Notes under the pieces: generated by a model
The model's database searches: none
Told to the model about the DNA's origin: nothing
What the model saw: the letters and a program-made list of their open reading frames with translations, nothing else
Translations under genes and position numbers: made by a program
Shown here: in pieces, positions 26,751-35,223 of the stretch
Layout: each line of letters starts with the position of its first letter
Numbering within the stretch: position 1 is the stretch's first letter
Source of the DNA: an uncultured virus (IMG/VR IMGVR_UViG_3300032002_000001)
Taxonomy: Duplodnaviria > Heunggongvirae > Uroviricota > Caudoviricetes
Length of the DNA: 64,000 nt
Strand: one strand, 5' to 3'
IMG/VR virus record: IMGVR_UViG_3300032002_000001

Positions 26751-27143
26751 ATGAACAGCTCACAGCAGCCTCCGGAGTTCATCAAGGACCCGGAGGAGAC
26801 CGACAGCCCCACCTGGGCGTCCCTCTTCGGATCGGACCCCGACTACCCGACCGGGGAGCCCACCCTCTTCGAGGCCATCGCGGACGCCTGGAAGAAGTCC
26901 TACGACCAGATGTCCCCGGAGCGGAAGCAGGTGCACGAGAACTTCAAGAAGAACATCACCGATCCGATCACCTACGTGGAGCTCTCGGTGATGATCGTCT
27001 CCCTGGCCCTGCTGAAGCGCAAGCGGGGCTGGAGCCGCAAGAGGACCGTGCTCTGGTTCCTGCTGGCCAACGAGGCCTACTCCGCCGTCCGTAGGCCGGA
27101 GGAAGCCAAGCTGGCCTACAAGGTCATGATCGGGAGGAAGTGA
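26751..27143 (+). CDS. Hypothetical membrane-associated protein
   Basis: AAGGAGAACAGC leader. Confidence 0.65.
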   Translation: MNSSQQPPEFIKDPEETDSPTWASLFGSDPDYPTGEPTLFEAIADAWKKSYDQMSPERKQVHENFKKNITDPITYVELSVMIVSLALLKRKRGWSRKRTVLWFLLANEAYSAVRRPEEAKLAYKVMIGRK

Positions 27144-27146
27144 GCC

Positions 27147-27509
27147 ATGCCACTTCGTCTCATCTTTCTGGCGATCTGCACCTACCCGGTGATCGCCATT
27201 CCGCTGGCGGTGATCTCCATGATCACCGGGATCATGATCGGCTGGGAGAACCTCGCCTGGGCAGCTCTGGTGCTGCTCATGAGCGGGGGGATCTCGGCTG
27301 TCATCGGTGGGTTCTGGTACTTCGACTACAAGACCCCGATCCCGCCGACCCGAAAGGACATCAAACGGGCTCGGGAACGGGCACACGAGGACCACGACGA
27401 GCTGATGATCCAGTTCAAGGAGTTCATGGGTGGGATCCGCGAGGAGCCTCCCAAGGAGCTGGAGGCTCGGCTGATCGAGTACGCCAACGAGAAGAGGAGG
27501 AAGTCATGA
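27147..27509 (+). CDS. Two-TM membrane protein
   Basis: Two N-terminal hydrophobic helices. Confidence 0.65.
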   Translation: MPLRLIFLAICTYPVIAIPLAVISMITGIMIGWENLAWAALVLLMSGGISAVIGGFWYFDYKTPIPPTRKDIKRARERAHEDHDELMIQFKEFMGGIREEPPKELEARLIEYANEKRRKS

Positions 27510-27784
27510 GCCCCGCGTTCTGGATCGTCCTGGGCCTGATCTTCTACGTCACCATGATCTGGATCACTCGGGTAGTTCTTGATCTACTCCCAGCAACCAC
27601 CCGCCGTGACCGCTATGGAGGCCCCGTTGTCTCCAAGGACCTGAAGGTGATCCTGTCCATTTTCTGGTGGGTCACCCCGTTCCTCCTGCTCGGTTGGGGG
27701 GCCAGTTACTCCGTCACTCACTTCATGAAGTCAGCGGAGGCAGTGGCGAGGCGGGTCCGAGAGAACCGGGAGCTGGTTCGATGA
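27506..27784 (+). CDS. Two-TM protein, paralogue A
   Basis: MSPAFW...FWW.P...RRVRENR. Confidence 0.65.
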   Translation: MSPAFWIVLGLIFYVTMIWITRVVLDLLPATTRRDRYGGPVVSKDLKVILSIFWWVTPFLLLGWGASYSVTHFMKSAEAVARRVRENRELVR

Positions 27785-28011
27785 GCGATCTGTTCTGGGT
27801 CATCCTGATGGCTCTGGGCTATCTCGCCTGTTCCTGGGTGGCGATCCTGTGCGCAGTCGCTTCCCGGGACTGGAAAGGCGACAGCGATGGCGGTCAATAC
27901 GCGGTCGGTCTCTTCTGGCCAATAGTGCTGGTCTTCGTGATCGTCTCGGGCTTCGGCAAGTCCGCCAACGCCCTTGGCAACCGAGTCAAGGAGAACAGGA
28001 GGTACGGCTGA
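27781..28011 (+). CDS. Two-TM protein, paralogue B
   Basis: MSDLFW...FWP...NRVKENR. Confidence 0.65.
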   Translation: MSDLFWVILMALGYLACSWVAILCAVASRDWKGDSDGGQYAVGLFWPIVLVFVIVSGFGKSANALGNRVKENRRYG

Positions 28012-28283
28012 TGGATCCGGCATTCTGGATCACCTTCGGAGTGATCGGGCATCTCGTCATCACCTGGATCACCGTCATGGTGTTCATCGCTCTCGATGGC
28101 CCCGGTGGGAACGACGATCCGATCATGTATCTCATGGCCTTCTGTTGGCCCCTGGTGCTCGTAGTCGCCCTCCCAGTCCTGTTCTGCAAGACCGCGTTCT
28201 GGGCCGGGAAACGAATCCACGAGAACCGAAACCCTCCTCAGATCGAATCCGAGACAAGTGAGGGCGGGGTGTACATGGGGTGA
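28011..28283 (+). CDS. Two-TM protein, paralogue C
   Basis: MDPAFW...CWP...KRIHENR. Confidence 0.65.
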   Translation: MDPAFWITFGVIGHLVITWITVMVFIALDGPGGNDDPIMYLMAFCWPLVLVVALPVLFCKTAFWAGKRIHENRNPPQIESETSEGGVYMG

Positions 28284-28732
28284 CCGAGATCCCGCTGGGC
28301 TACATAGCGGGGATCCTCGACGCGAACGCGATCTTTCGGGTTCGCACTACCCCTGGGGGCACTGAGCTACCAGCTGTACATGTGCACGGGCTCCCTATGC
28401 CGATCATGACCGTCCTGGCGAAGTACACCGGGACTAAGGTCACCACGGTGACTCGGGACTACTCCCGGTCTCCGTGTGCCGAACACTGTGATGAGAGACA
28501 TCAGCATGTCGTCTCCATCTCAGGTCGGTGGTCGGTCACGGGAGCCCGTGCCACGGTGCTCATCCACGCGATCCTTCCCCATCTGCAAGCCCAGCGGTAC
28601 GCCGCCACTGAAGTGCTGGCGGTAGGTCTCTCCGCTCCAAAGAAGTCCACGACGTACAACAAGATGGCTCAGCTCGGCTGGCCCATCCCAGCACCACCGG
28701 AAGAAACAACAACGAAGGAGAACAGCACATGA
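28280..28732 (+). CDS. Single-motif LAGLIDADG-like protein with degenerate motif
   Basis: LGYIAGILDANAIF, RWSVTG..A..LI.AILPHL; Cys/His insert CAEHCDERHQH. Confidence 0.65.
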   Translation: MTEIPLGYIAGILDANAIFRVRTTPGGTELPAVHVHGLPMPIMTVLAKYTGTKVTTVTRDYSRSPCAEHCDERHQHVVSISGRWSVTGARATVLIHAILPHLQAQRYAATEVLAVGLSAPKKSTTYNKMAQLGWPIPAPPEETTTKENST

Positions 28733-28833
28733 GCGAGATCAAGACGACCCACCCGGTCCGGAACACGGTCCTGGGGCTCTTGGCCACTGTCCTGCTCACG
28801 GTCCTGGTCATCTGGTACCAGGAGAACCACTAG
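28729..28833 (+). CDS. 34-aa membrane peptide
   Basis: AAGGAGAACAGC leader; MSEIKTTHPVRNTVLGLLATVLLTVLVIWYQENH. Confidence 0.55.
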   Translation: MSEIKTTHPVRNTVLGLLATVLLTVLVIWYQENH

Positions 28834-29149
28834 CAGCGGCAAGACCCATGACGCGCGGGCTCTGCCCTAACGCGTCCTCCGAGGGATGTAGAACCTCTCC
28901 AATTCTGTGATGGCTTCGGCCATCCTGCGTGGGGGGTCCTTCGGGACCCCCCAGAAAGGCAGTCATGCGTCACCTGCTGAACTATCAGTCCCTTTCTTCC
29001 CCACCCGCCCACAACGCTCATCTCGGTTCTCTTTCTTCACCAAACGTTGTTGACCAGTTCTCCATGTCCCCCGAGAGGGGGAGAGGTGAGGTGCGCCTCC
29101 ATGGGGAAGTGGTGGGGGTTCTACACGCCGCTACGACGCGGCGTTTTTT
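28834..29149 (+). ncRNA. Candidate ~320-nt structured RNA
   Basis: Two UUCG hairpins, one GAGA tetraloop hairpin, long-range helices, ends in hairpin plus T6. Confidence 0.6.
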
Positions 29150-29167
29150 CATGTCCGGAGGTAACTG

Positions 29168-29458
29168 ATGTACAACAACGTCTTCGTCTTCCTCTGGAAG
29201 TTTCTCCGCTTCCTCGTGGTCACCTGGATCCCCAACAAGCTTTTGGAGTGGGAGTGCACCCAGACCGGCGAGATCGAGCGAGAGCAGTGGAAGCGATCCG
29301 CTCTGTGGAAGATCCGTCCTCGGTACGTGGGACACATCAAGTACCTGGACTGCGGCTGTGGTCGTCGGTTCGGACGGATCGTGCTCATCAACGGAGCCTG
29401 CACCAAGCACGGATTCTCCTGGCTCGCTGATGAGGAGCTCGATGTCGACCAAGACTGA
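29168..29458 (+). CDS. Hypothetical Cys-containing protein
   Basis: GGAGG RBS; CGC...CTKHG. Confidence 0.6.
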   Translation: MYNNVFVFLWKFLRFLVVTWIPNKLLEWECTQTGEIEREQWKRSALWKIRPRYVGHIKYLDCGCGRRFGRIVLINGACTKHGFSWLADEELDVDQD

Positions 29459-29591
29459 ATGCCAGGAGACCATGCCTTCGAAGTTCGTCCCCGACCACAC
29501 TCACACCTGCACCGGTAGTCACGCCGAAGAGGCAGACCACTACTGCGGGGAGTGCAAGCGATTCTGGAAGCCGAGGAGCGTCTACAAGTGA
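29442..29591 (+). CDS. Cys/His microprotein
   Basis: GAGGAG RBS; H.C...H.....H.C..C. Confidence 0.5.
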   Translation: MSTKTECQETMPSKFVPDHTHTCTGSHAEEADHYCGECKRFWKPRSVYK

Positions 29592-29824
29592 ACGAGATCA
29601 TCCCGCCCTCGATCCTGCATATGGGGGCTCAGGAAAACGTCTGTTCGGACACCACCAATGGCTGGCTTTGGTACTGCGATGTCCACGACACCCACGGCAA
29701 CGCGGACAGCCAAGATGAAGCTGATCTTCTCGCTGATACCCACGCCATGTTCATGGATGACGAAGAGGGCTGCGATCTAGTGATCTGGCAGCGAACTCCA
29801 CACGAACGGAGCAAGAGTGAATGA
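29588..29824 (+). CDS. Hypothetical protein
   Basis: GTGA coupling; WYCDVH. Confidence 0.55.
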   Translation: MNEIIPPSILHMGAQENVCSDTTNGWLWYCDVHDTHGNADSQDEADLLADTHAMFMDDEEGCDLVIWQRTPHERSKSE

Positions 29825-30077
29825 ACACAGCATCCGGAGTCGGGCACGGCGCACAGCCGATGTGGTGATCTCCGGCTACGCCGCGTCCTATGCTCACTTC
29901 CTTCCCCGAGGTGAGCAGGATCAGTGGGGGTTCGGAGGAAAGACCCTCTGTGGCGCTCGACACCGCACTGGTCGCTGGCAAGGCACCGCCAACGACGAAG
30001 AGCGAGCCCAGGCCAACAAGGCTGAGCTCTGCCCCCGCTGCATCAAGACCGCGCTGATCGAGGGTTATCTCGACTAG
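29817..30077 (+). CDS. Zinc-binding hypothetical protein
   Basis: AH...TLCG...LCPRC. Confidence 0.6.
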   Translation: MNEHSIRSRARRTADVVISGYAASYAHFLPRGEQDQWGFGGKTLCGARHRTGRWQGTANDEERAQANKAELCPRCIKTALIEGYLD

Positions 30078-30358
30078 TGCCGATCATCATCAAGCCAGGG
30101 GAATTCAAGATCATCGGAGTCACCTTCACCTCGGCTAACACCACCACCTTTACCTGGGCCGAAGAGTCCAGGACTGCTACGACAAAGGACGTAGAAATGA
30201 GCAGATCTGAACACCAGGTCCACGTCACTACCGATGACAACGAAGAGGTCATTCTGGAGTGCTGGACCTGCACCGGCTTTCCACAGCTGGCGAAGTTGGG
30301 GAAGAACCCCAACGTCACTGATGTCTACAGTGCCGCTGCCCAGCACTGGAACTCCTGA
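30077..30358 (+). CDS. Hypothetical protein
   Basis: Coupled; CWTC. Confidence 0.55.
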   Translation: MPIIIKPGEFKIIGVTFTSANTTTFTWAEESRTATTKDVEMSRSEHQVHVTTDDNEEVILECWTCTGFPQLAKLGKNPNVTDVYSAAAQHWNS

Positions 30359-30690
30359 TGAGCGGCATCTACCCCAAGGCCTATGCGCCGACTACCGAGA
30401 TGACCGAAGAGATGGCCAACCAGCGGGCTAAGCGCTGGGAGGCCCGATACGACGAAGCCCTCGACATGGCGGCTCGCTGGCAGCAGCAGTACGTCGACAT
30501 GCGGAAGGAACGGGACGCCGCTCTGAATCTCCTGGAGGAGGTCCGGGAGGAGATGCGCCAGGAGTTCGATTCTCGGCTGGTCTACGTCCCCAAGCACCGC
30601 GCAGACGGACCCGCCCTCACGGGTCACCCCGACACCATGATCGGTGGTGGGGGAGCCCGCAGACGACCAAAGGAGAAGAACGATGAGTGA
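30358..30690 (+). CDS. Coiled-coil hypothetical protein
   Basis: Coupled TGATG. Confidence 0.6.
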   Translation: MSGIYPKAYAPTTEMTEEMANQRAKRWEARYDEALDMAARWQQQYVDMRKERDAALNLLEEVREEMRQEFDSRLVYVPKHRADGPALTGHPDTMIGGGGARRRPKEKNDE

Positions 30691-30877
30691 CACGTCCCGT
30701 GCCCTTGTTCAGGGCGGCATGATGGGCGCGGCTCTGGCATTCCGGTCTCATGGAATCTTAGTCAAGAGCCTTGAACAAGATCGAGATGGTGAGGGCAATT
30801 ACCTCCCCTTCTTTGTGTTGATCATGGACTCCGGTGTCCGGATCCGCGTGACCTTCGAGGAGGAGCCCGATGGCTAG
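30683..30877 (+). CDS. Hypothetical protein
   Basis: AAGGAG RBS. Confidence 0.55.
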   Translation: MSDTSRALVQGGMMGAALAFRSHGILVKSLEQDRDGEGNYLPFFVLIMDSGVRIRVTFEEEPDG

Positions 30878-31100
30878 CGTGATCGTCACCCTCCGGGTGG
30901 ACTTCACTCCCCGGAAGGGCACCTCACATCCCGTGAACTGGCAGTGGGAACGGGTCTTCCGGACCAATCTGCCAGATGAGGAGATCACTCTCCTCAACGT
31001 CGGAGCGATCCAATTCGAGCCGGGGGAGGAAGAGCTGATGAACCCCCACTTCATGAAGAACTTCCAGAACTGGCAACAAGAGAGGATCGAAGATGGCTAA
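30870..31100 (+). CDS. Tandem-array paralogue 1
   Basis: VIVTLRVDF...WQW...LLNVGAIQFE. Confidence 0.65.
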   Translation: MASVIVTLRVDFTPRKGTSHPVNWQWERVFRTNLPDEEITLLNVGAIQFEPGEEELMNPHFMKNFQNWQQERIEDG

Positions 31101-31344
31101 CGCGGAGTTCATCGTCACGCTGCGGGTGACCTTGCCCCTTGTGGAGGGAGACTCCTGGCTGGATCCACACTCCTGGGCCTGGCAGTCCGCAGTCACGAGC
31201 TCGATCACCGGGCGGAGCGGTACTCAGGTGGAGATCCTCAACCTCTCCCCAACCAAGTTCGAGGACGAGGAAGACAAAGAGCGCTTCTCCATACACAGCC
31301 GGGAGGCCCGGGAGCGATGGGAGGAGGAGCGACGTGGGAACTAA
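31093..31344 (+). CDS. Tandem-array paralogue 2
   Basis: EFIVTLRVTL...WAW...VEILNLSPTKFE. Confidence 0.65.
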   Translation: MANAEFIVTLRVTLPLVEGDSWLDPHSWAWQSAVTSSITGRSGTQVEILNLSPTKFEDEEDKERFSIHSREARERWEEERRGN

Positions 31345-31579
31345 CCCGACCGAGTTCATCATCACCCTGAAGGTCAAGGTCAACCCGGAAAGGGGCTACG
31401 CCTACGTCCACCCAGTTCTCTGGAAATGGACCCGTGCCATCCAGCGACAGGTCCCGCACACCACCGAGGTGGAGGTACTCAACTGCTCTCCGCTACAGAT
31501 GGAGAGCGAGGAGAAGGAGGGCTGGGTCGAGAACCTGGATCAGCAGCAAAAGGACTGGGAGGAGGGCCGATATGGCTAA
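31334..31579 (+). CDS. Tandem-array paralogue 3
   Basis: EFIITLKVKV...WKW...VEVLNCSPLQME. Confidence 0.65.
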   Translation: MGTNPTEFIITLKVKVNPERGYAYVHPVLWKWTRAIQRQVPHTTEVEVLNCSPLQMESEEKEGWVENLDQQQKDWEEGRYG

Positions 31580-31805
31580 GCAGATCATCACCCTGGAGAT
31601 CTCCTTCGACATGGAGAGGCTGAAGTCATCTGGCGGCTATCCCCTTCCAGCCTGGCTCCCAGCGCAGATCGCAAAGGTCTGTTCGTGGATCTCCGGGGTG
31701 ACCGTGCTGAACATCTCTCCGGTCCACTGGGAAGCTGACGAAGACCCAGAGGAATATCGGCAGTTCATGGTCGATAAGGGGGACACCAAGTGGCTGAGTT
31801 CATAG
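31572..31805 (+). CDS. Tandem-array paralogue 4
   Basis: QIITLEISF...PAW...VTVLNISPVHWE. Confidence 0.65.
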   Translation: MAKQIITLEISFDMERLKSSGGYPLPAWLPAQIAKVCSWISGVTVLNISPVHWEADEDPEEYRQFMVDKGDTKWLSS

Positions 31806-32005
31806 TCACCCTGAGGGTGGAGTTTGATCCAACCGGTGCAGAACAACTGAAGGCACCCCGTGACTGGGTGTTCTTCCAAAAGAGGGGCGAGTGGAATCGC
31901 TTCGTTTCCAATGTCGAGATCATCTCGATCACCGATCCGGTCCTGACTTCTGAACAAGAGTCCTACATGACCGAAGACTGGAAGCTCAAAAATCACGGCC
32001 TATAG
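31790..32005 (+). CDS. Tandem-array paralogue 5
   Basis: EFIVTLRVEF...PRDW...VEIISI. Confidence 0.6.
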   Translation: MAEFIVTLRVEFDPTGAEQLKAPRDWVFFQKRGEWNRFVSNVEIISITDPVLTSEQESYMTEDWKLKNHGL

Positions 32006-32055
32006 GAGGGATGCAGACAACATCACACCGCGAGAGAGTGCAAGGGAAGGCAGTA

Positions 32056-32120
32056 CACCCCGTAGGCGTCCGCTGGACGAGGCTGGTCTCCTTGTCAGTC
32101 AGAAAGACGCCTACGGGGTG
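32056..32120. repeat. 15-bp perfect inverted repeat
   Basis: CACCCCGTAGGCGTC ... GACGCCTACGGGGTG. Confidence 0.85.
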
Positions 32121-32136
32121 GTCAAATAGTGGTGTA

Positions 32137-32147
32137 TGTGGTATAGT
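32137..32147 (+). promoter_or_regulatory. Extended -10 promoter P2
   Basis: TGTGGTATAGT. Confidence 0.65.
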
Positions 32148-32235
32148 TATCCCATTGGCACCCGTTAGGCTGCCCAAATAGCCCCCACAGGGACTTCCTG
32201 TGGGGGTTTCCGCGTTCATAGAAAAGAGGATTCTC

Positions 32236-32535
32236 ATGAACCACTCCATCACCAACCCCCTCGGACTGGACGAGACTGACCGGAAGATTCTCCAATCTTC
32301 GTGGTTCGTCGCCACGATCACCACCGAGTCGGGCTCGCACTACACCTTGATCAAGCGCGACAACCTCGCCGTCATGACCAAGGACAACCCCGACGACCCC
32401 TGGGTCGGCAGGGGAACCGAGTTCTGGATCTCCAGCACCGGACGGGTCACCCTGTTCAATGCGCACGGCAGGCCGGGACACCGGATGGTGGGCTGTACCA
32501 CCAGGATCCGCTCCTGCTACATCCTGGAGAACTAG
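32236..32535 (+). CDS. Hypothetical beta-rich protein
   Basis: AAAAGAGGA RBS; TTESGSHYTL. Confidence 0.65.
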   Translation: MNHSITNPLGLDETDRKILQSSWFVATITTESGSHYTLIKRDNLAVMTKDNPDDPWVGRGTEFWISSTGRVTLFNAHGRPGHRMVGCTTRIRSCYILEN

Positions 32536-32545
32536 TTCTCCACCA

Positions 32546-32573
32546 GGCCCCCAGCATCCAGCTGGGGGCCTTT
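32546..32573 (+). terminator. Hairpin plus TTT(GCATG)
   Basis: GGCCCCCAGC-ATCCA-GCTGGGGGCC-TTT. Confidence 0.55.
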
Positions 32574-32610
32574 GCATGTCCGCACCATAACCAACGAAAA
32601 GAGGAACAAC

Positions 32611-32994
32611 ATGAAGCGCATCTGGAACACCATGAGCACCCGCAAGAAGGTGCTCTTCCTGACCTACACCTACGTGGTCGACGCCTACATCGTCGGGATG
32701 ATGCTCGCCGGTCCGAAGTGGCCCGCCGTTCTGGTCCGCGCGCTCCGCGAGCACAAGTCCGAGACCGTGACTTTCGAGCGCTGGGCGAAAGTCACCGACC
32801 GGCTGGAGAAGGAGGGGATCGACTGGTCCGAGTTCGAGGAGGAGTCGCTGGACGAGCTGTGCAAGCAGCCCGACCAGGTCATCGACTTCTTCATCCAGGC
32901 CTGGAAGAACAGAGATGCTTCCGACCCGGAGATCCCCAAAGAGATCCGGGAGGCCTGGGGTCAGATCGTCAGCGACCCCCGCGCCTCTCACTGA
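32611..32994 (+). CDS. Hypothetical protein
   Basis: GAAAAGAGGAACAAC leader. Confidence 0.65.
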   Translation: MKRIWNTMSTRKKVLFLTYTYVVDAYIVGMMLAGPKWPAVLVRALREHKSETVTFERWAKVTDRLEKEGIDWSEFEEESLDELCKQPDQVIDFFIQAWKNRDASDPEIPKEIREAWGQIVSDPRASH

Positions 32995-33033
32995 TTCACC
33001 CCGCAACACAACCAACCAAAGGAGAACAGCACC

Positions 33034-33216
33034 ATGAAGGTCGAGCGCAGTAGAAGCAAGACCCCCACCGCTACCGGATACCGGAAGGAGCGGGCCTTCA
33101 AGATCAGCAGCAGCCGGGTCAACATCGACCGCTCCACCACGAAGGTGCGGAACGAGACCGGGAAGAAGGTCACCAAGGTCCACAACCGGTCCTACGGCAA
33201 GACGAAGAAGTCCTGA
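33034..33216 (+). CDS. Very basic 60-aa protein
   Basis: AAAGGAGAACAGC leader; Lys/Arg-rich. Confidence 0.55.
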   Translation: MKVERSRSKTPTATGYRKERAFKISSSRVNIDRSTTKVRNETGKKVTKVHNRSYGKTKKS

Positions 33217-33318
33217 AGACCCGCACCCGCTAGCTCACAGCGGATCACCAAGGTGCGTGGCCCCGGCACCTGCGAACACGGGGCACCTGCTAAATAACCA
33301 ACGAAAAGAGGAACAGCA

Positions 33319-33642
33319 ATGAAGCGTCACACCGAGGACCTGGTTATCCACGTCCGCCGCTACGACAAGCCCGATGTTCGAGTCGGGATCCACCACTACG
33401 AGCGGGAGCCCCGCCACCGCCTCGGCTGGAGCCCCATCACCGCACCCCGCCTGGTCTCCGAGACCCAGGCAAAGGCAGCGATGGCTGCGCTGATCACCCA
33501 GGACTACGAGAAGGTGGCCCTGGACATGGACGACCAGGAGCTGGTCAAGGTGGTCCAGTTCAGCCTGCCCATCGAGTTCCACCGGCAGTTCCACGCACAG
33601 GACCCCGCCGTCATCGACCGGATCGAGGTGTACGCGCGATGA
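33319..33642 (+). CDS. Hypothetical protein
   Basis: GAAAAGAGGAACAGC leader. Confidence 0.65.
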   Translation: MKRHTEDLVIHVRRYDKPDVRVGIHHYEREPRHRLGWSPITAPRLVSETQAKAAMAALITQDYEKVALDMDDQELVKVVQFSLPIEFHRQFHAQDPAVIDRIEVYAR

Positions 33643-33824
33643 GAAGGAAGGTCGAGATCGATATGGACCCCGAGTACATCAACCCGGAAGACATCGAGGA
33701 AGAGGAGGAGTGGGAAGACGACACCACCTCTGACGTGGTGATGGCCCTCCGGGTCATCCAGATCCAGTTGCTCGTCGTGGTCGCTCTCCTGGGCTGCATC
33801 CTGGGGGCGGTGCTCTCGCCATGA
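33639..33824 (+). CDS. Acidic protein with C-terminal TM helix
   Basis: ATGA coupling. Confidence 0.55.
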   Translation: MRRKVEIDMDPEYINPEDIEEEEEWEDDTTSDVVMALRVIQIQLLVVVALLGCILGAVLSP

Positions 33825-33931
33825 TCGAGCAGAAGAGGAACTTCTACCGCATGGTCATCCCCCGGATGATCATCATGGTGATCGTCTTCATCGTGATCCA
33901 CCTGCTGAAGATCTGGATCGGGTCATGGTGA
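33821..33931 (+). CDS. 36-aa membrane peptide
   Basis: Hand-translated MIEQKRNFYRMVIPRMIIMVIVFIVIHLLKIWIGSW. Confidence 0.45.
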   Translation: MIEQKRNFYRMVIPRMIIMVIVFIVIHLLKIWIGSW

Positions 33932-34098
33932 TGTTCGGGCTCTGGGTCATGCACGGAGCAAAGACCGGGTTCTGGTTCTGGACCTGTGTGGTCGGAGCCG
34001 CGCTCGCCGTCCGGAAGCCGAGGTCGTCATGAGCCTCTGGCTGGAACACCAGATCCGCTCTCGGGAGCGGTGGCTGGCGGAGTACCGGGAGGAGGAAC

Positions 34099-34332
34099 AT
34101 GACCGCGTTGCAGCACGTGGCCACGCTGGACGAGAAGACGGTCCAACGGATCGCCACCGGTGATCTCCCTCCCAACCCCTACAAACCGCTTCGCACCTTT
34201 CAGAAGCGGTTTCCTGTTGCCTACTCCTACGTCCATCCCGACGTGATGGCAGCAGTCAAGAAGATCGTGGACTCCGGTCACGGTTACACCAAGATCTTCA
34301 TCGTTGATTCACGGACGGTCATCGTCCGCTAG
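34099..34332 (+). CDS. Hypothetical protein
   Basis: GGAGGAGG RBS. Confidence 0.6.
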   Translation: MTALQHVATLDEKTVQRIATGDLPPNPYKPLRTFQKRFPVAYSYVHPDVMAAVKKIVDSGHGYTKIFIVDSRTVIVR

Positions 34333-34379
34333 GCCCCCGGGAAGGACCCGGGGGCTTTGCCCTTTCAGAAAGGAGAGCC

Positions 34380-34862
34380 ATGGCTGAGACCCTGGCTGAC
34401 CAGGAGCGGTACGACGACCCTGGGAAACCCCACTTCTGCTTTGAAGATGAAGAGGAGACCTACTACTTCATCTGGAACGGGGTCTACGGGGATCCGATCC
34501 AGGTGATCCAAACCGGGGAGGTGACGGACCTGATCCCGACCACCATGTCCGGAGATGCCCCCAAGGAGACGGCGCAGGTCCACCTGCAGTTCTTCGAGTT
34601 GCTCTGCCTGACCTACCTGAAGCGCAAGAAGAACGGTGGGGAGGTGTCGATCACCCTCCACGCCGAGGGTGTGGAGGACGTGTCCTTCGTGATGGACGAG
34701 AAGAACAACATCGTCTACGCGGAATCCGGTGAGTCCGTCGCCCGCAAGGAAGCGGAGAACGCGGGTACCACCTTCGAGGAGGTGGTGGCGACCGAGCAGT
34801 CGCAGCAGCAGTCCGTTCCCGACCTCTCTCGGTTCTTCCCCGACGAGGAGTCTCCCCGGTGA
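34380..34862 (+). CDS. Acidic hypothetical protein
   Basis: AAAGGAG RBS after a hairpin. Confidence 0.65.
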   Translation: MAETLADQERYDDPGKPHFCFEDEEETYYFIWNGVYGDPIQVIQTGEVTDLIPTTMSGDAPKETAQVHLQFFELLCLTYLKRKKNGGEVSITLHAEGVEDVSFVMDEKNNIVYAESGESVARKEAENAGTTFEEVVATEQSQQQSVPDLSRFFPDEESPR

Positions 34863-35185
34863 GCTTCTACCTGATGTTCACCAACTGCAAGAAGGAGCGG
34901 GGCAGCGTCAAGATCAAGGCCGACGTTGACCCGTTCGAACGGTTCGCCCTCTACGCGGACCTACTGCTCACCGGCCAGGAGATTCCTGCGGATCTCCCTG
35001 GCGCTTCCCCTGGTGCTCACATAGATCAGGTGTCTCTCCACTGGGTCGATGACCTCGGTGATGAGGAACAACTGATCTCCACCGTCTTCCTCGTATGTGG
35101 ATGCCACGTCCCCATCGAGGAGAAGAAGCGGGCGATGAGTCCTCTTCTGACGCCGAAGCAGAAGCTCTATCTGCCGAAGCGCTAG
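34859..35185 (+). CDS. Putative metal-binding protein, triplet member 1
   Basis: FTNC...H..V...CGCH. Confidence 0.6.
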   Translation: MSFYLMFTNCKKERGSVKIKADVDPFERFALYADLLLTGQEIPADLPGASPGAHIDQVSLHWVDDLGDEEQLISTVFLVCGCHVPIEEKKRAMSPLLTPKQKLYLPKR

Positions 35186-35223
35186 CTGGTTCGAACCCAA
35201 ACACAAAGAGAGAGAGATCCACT

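Noticed and set aside
29095..29112. CTCCA/GGGG junction as a permuted tmRNA
   Set aside because: No T-arm, no CCA end and no tag reading frame
28280..29149. Group I intron or intein carrying the LAGLIDADG ORF
   Set aside because: No interrupted host gene, no recognisable P7/J8-7 core and no intein terminal residues
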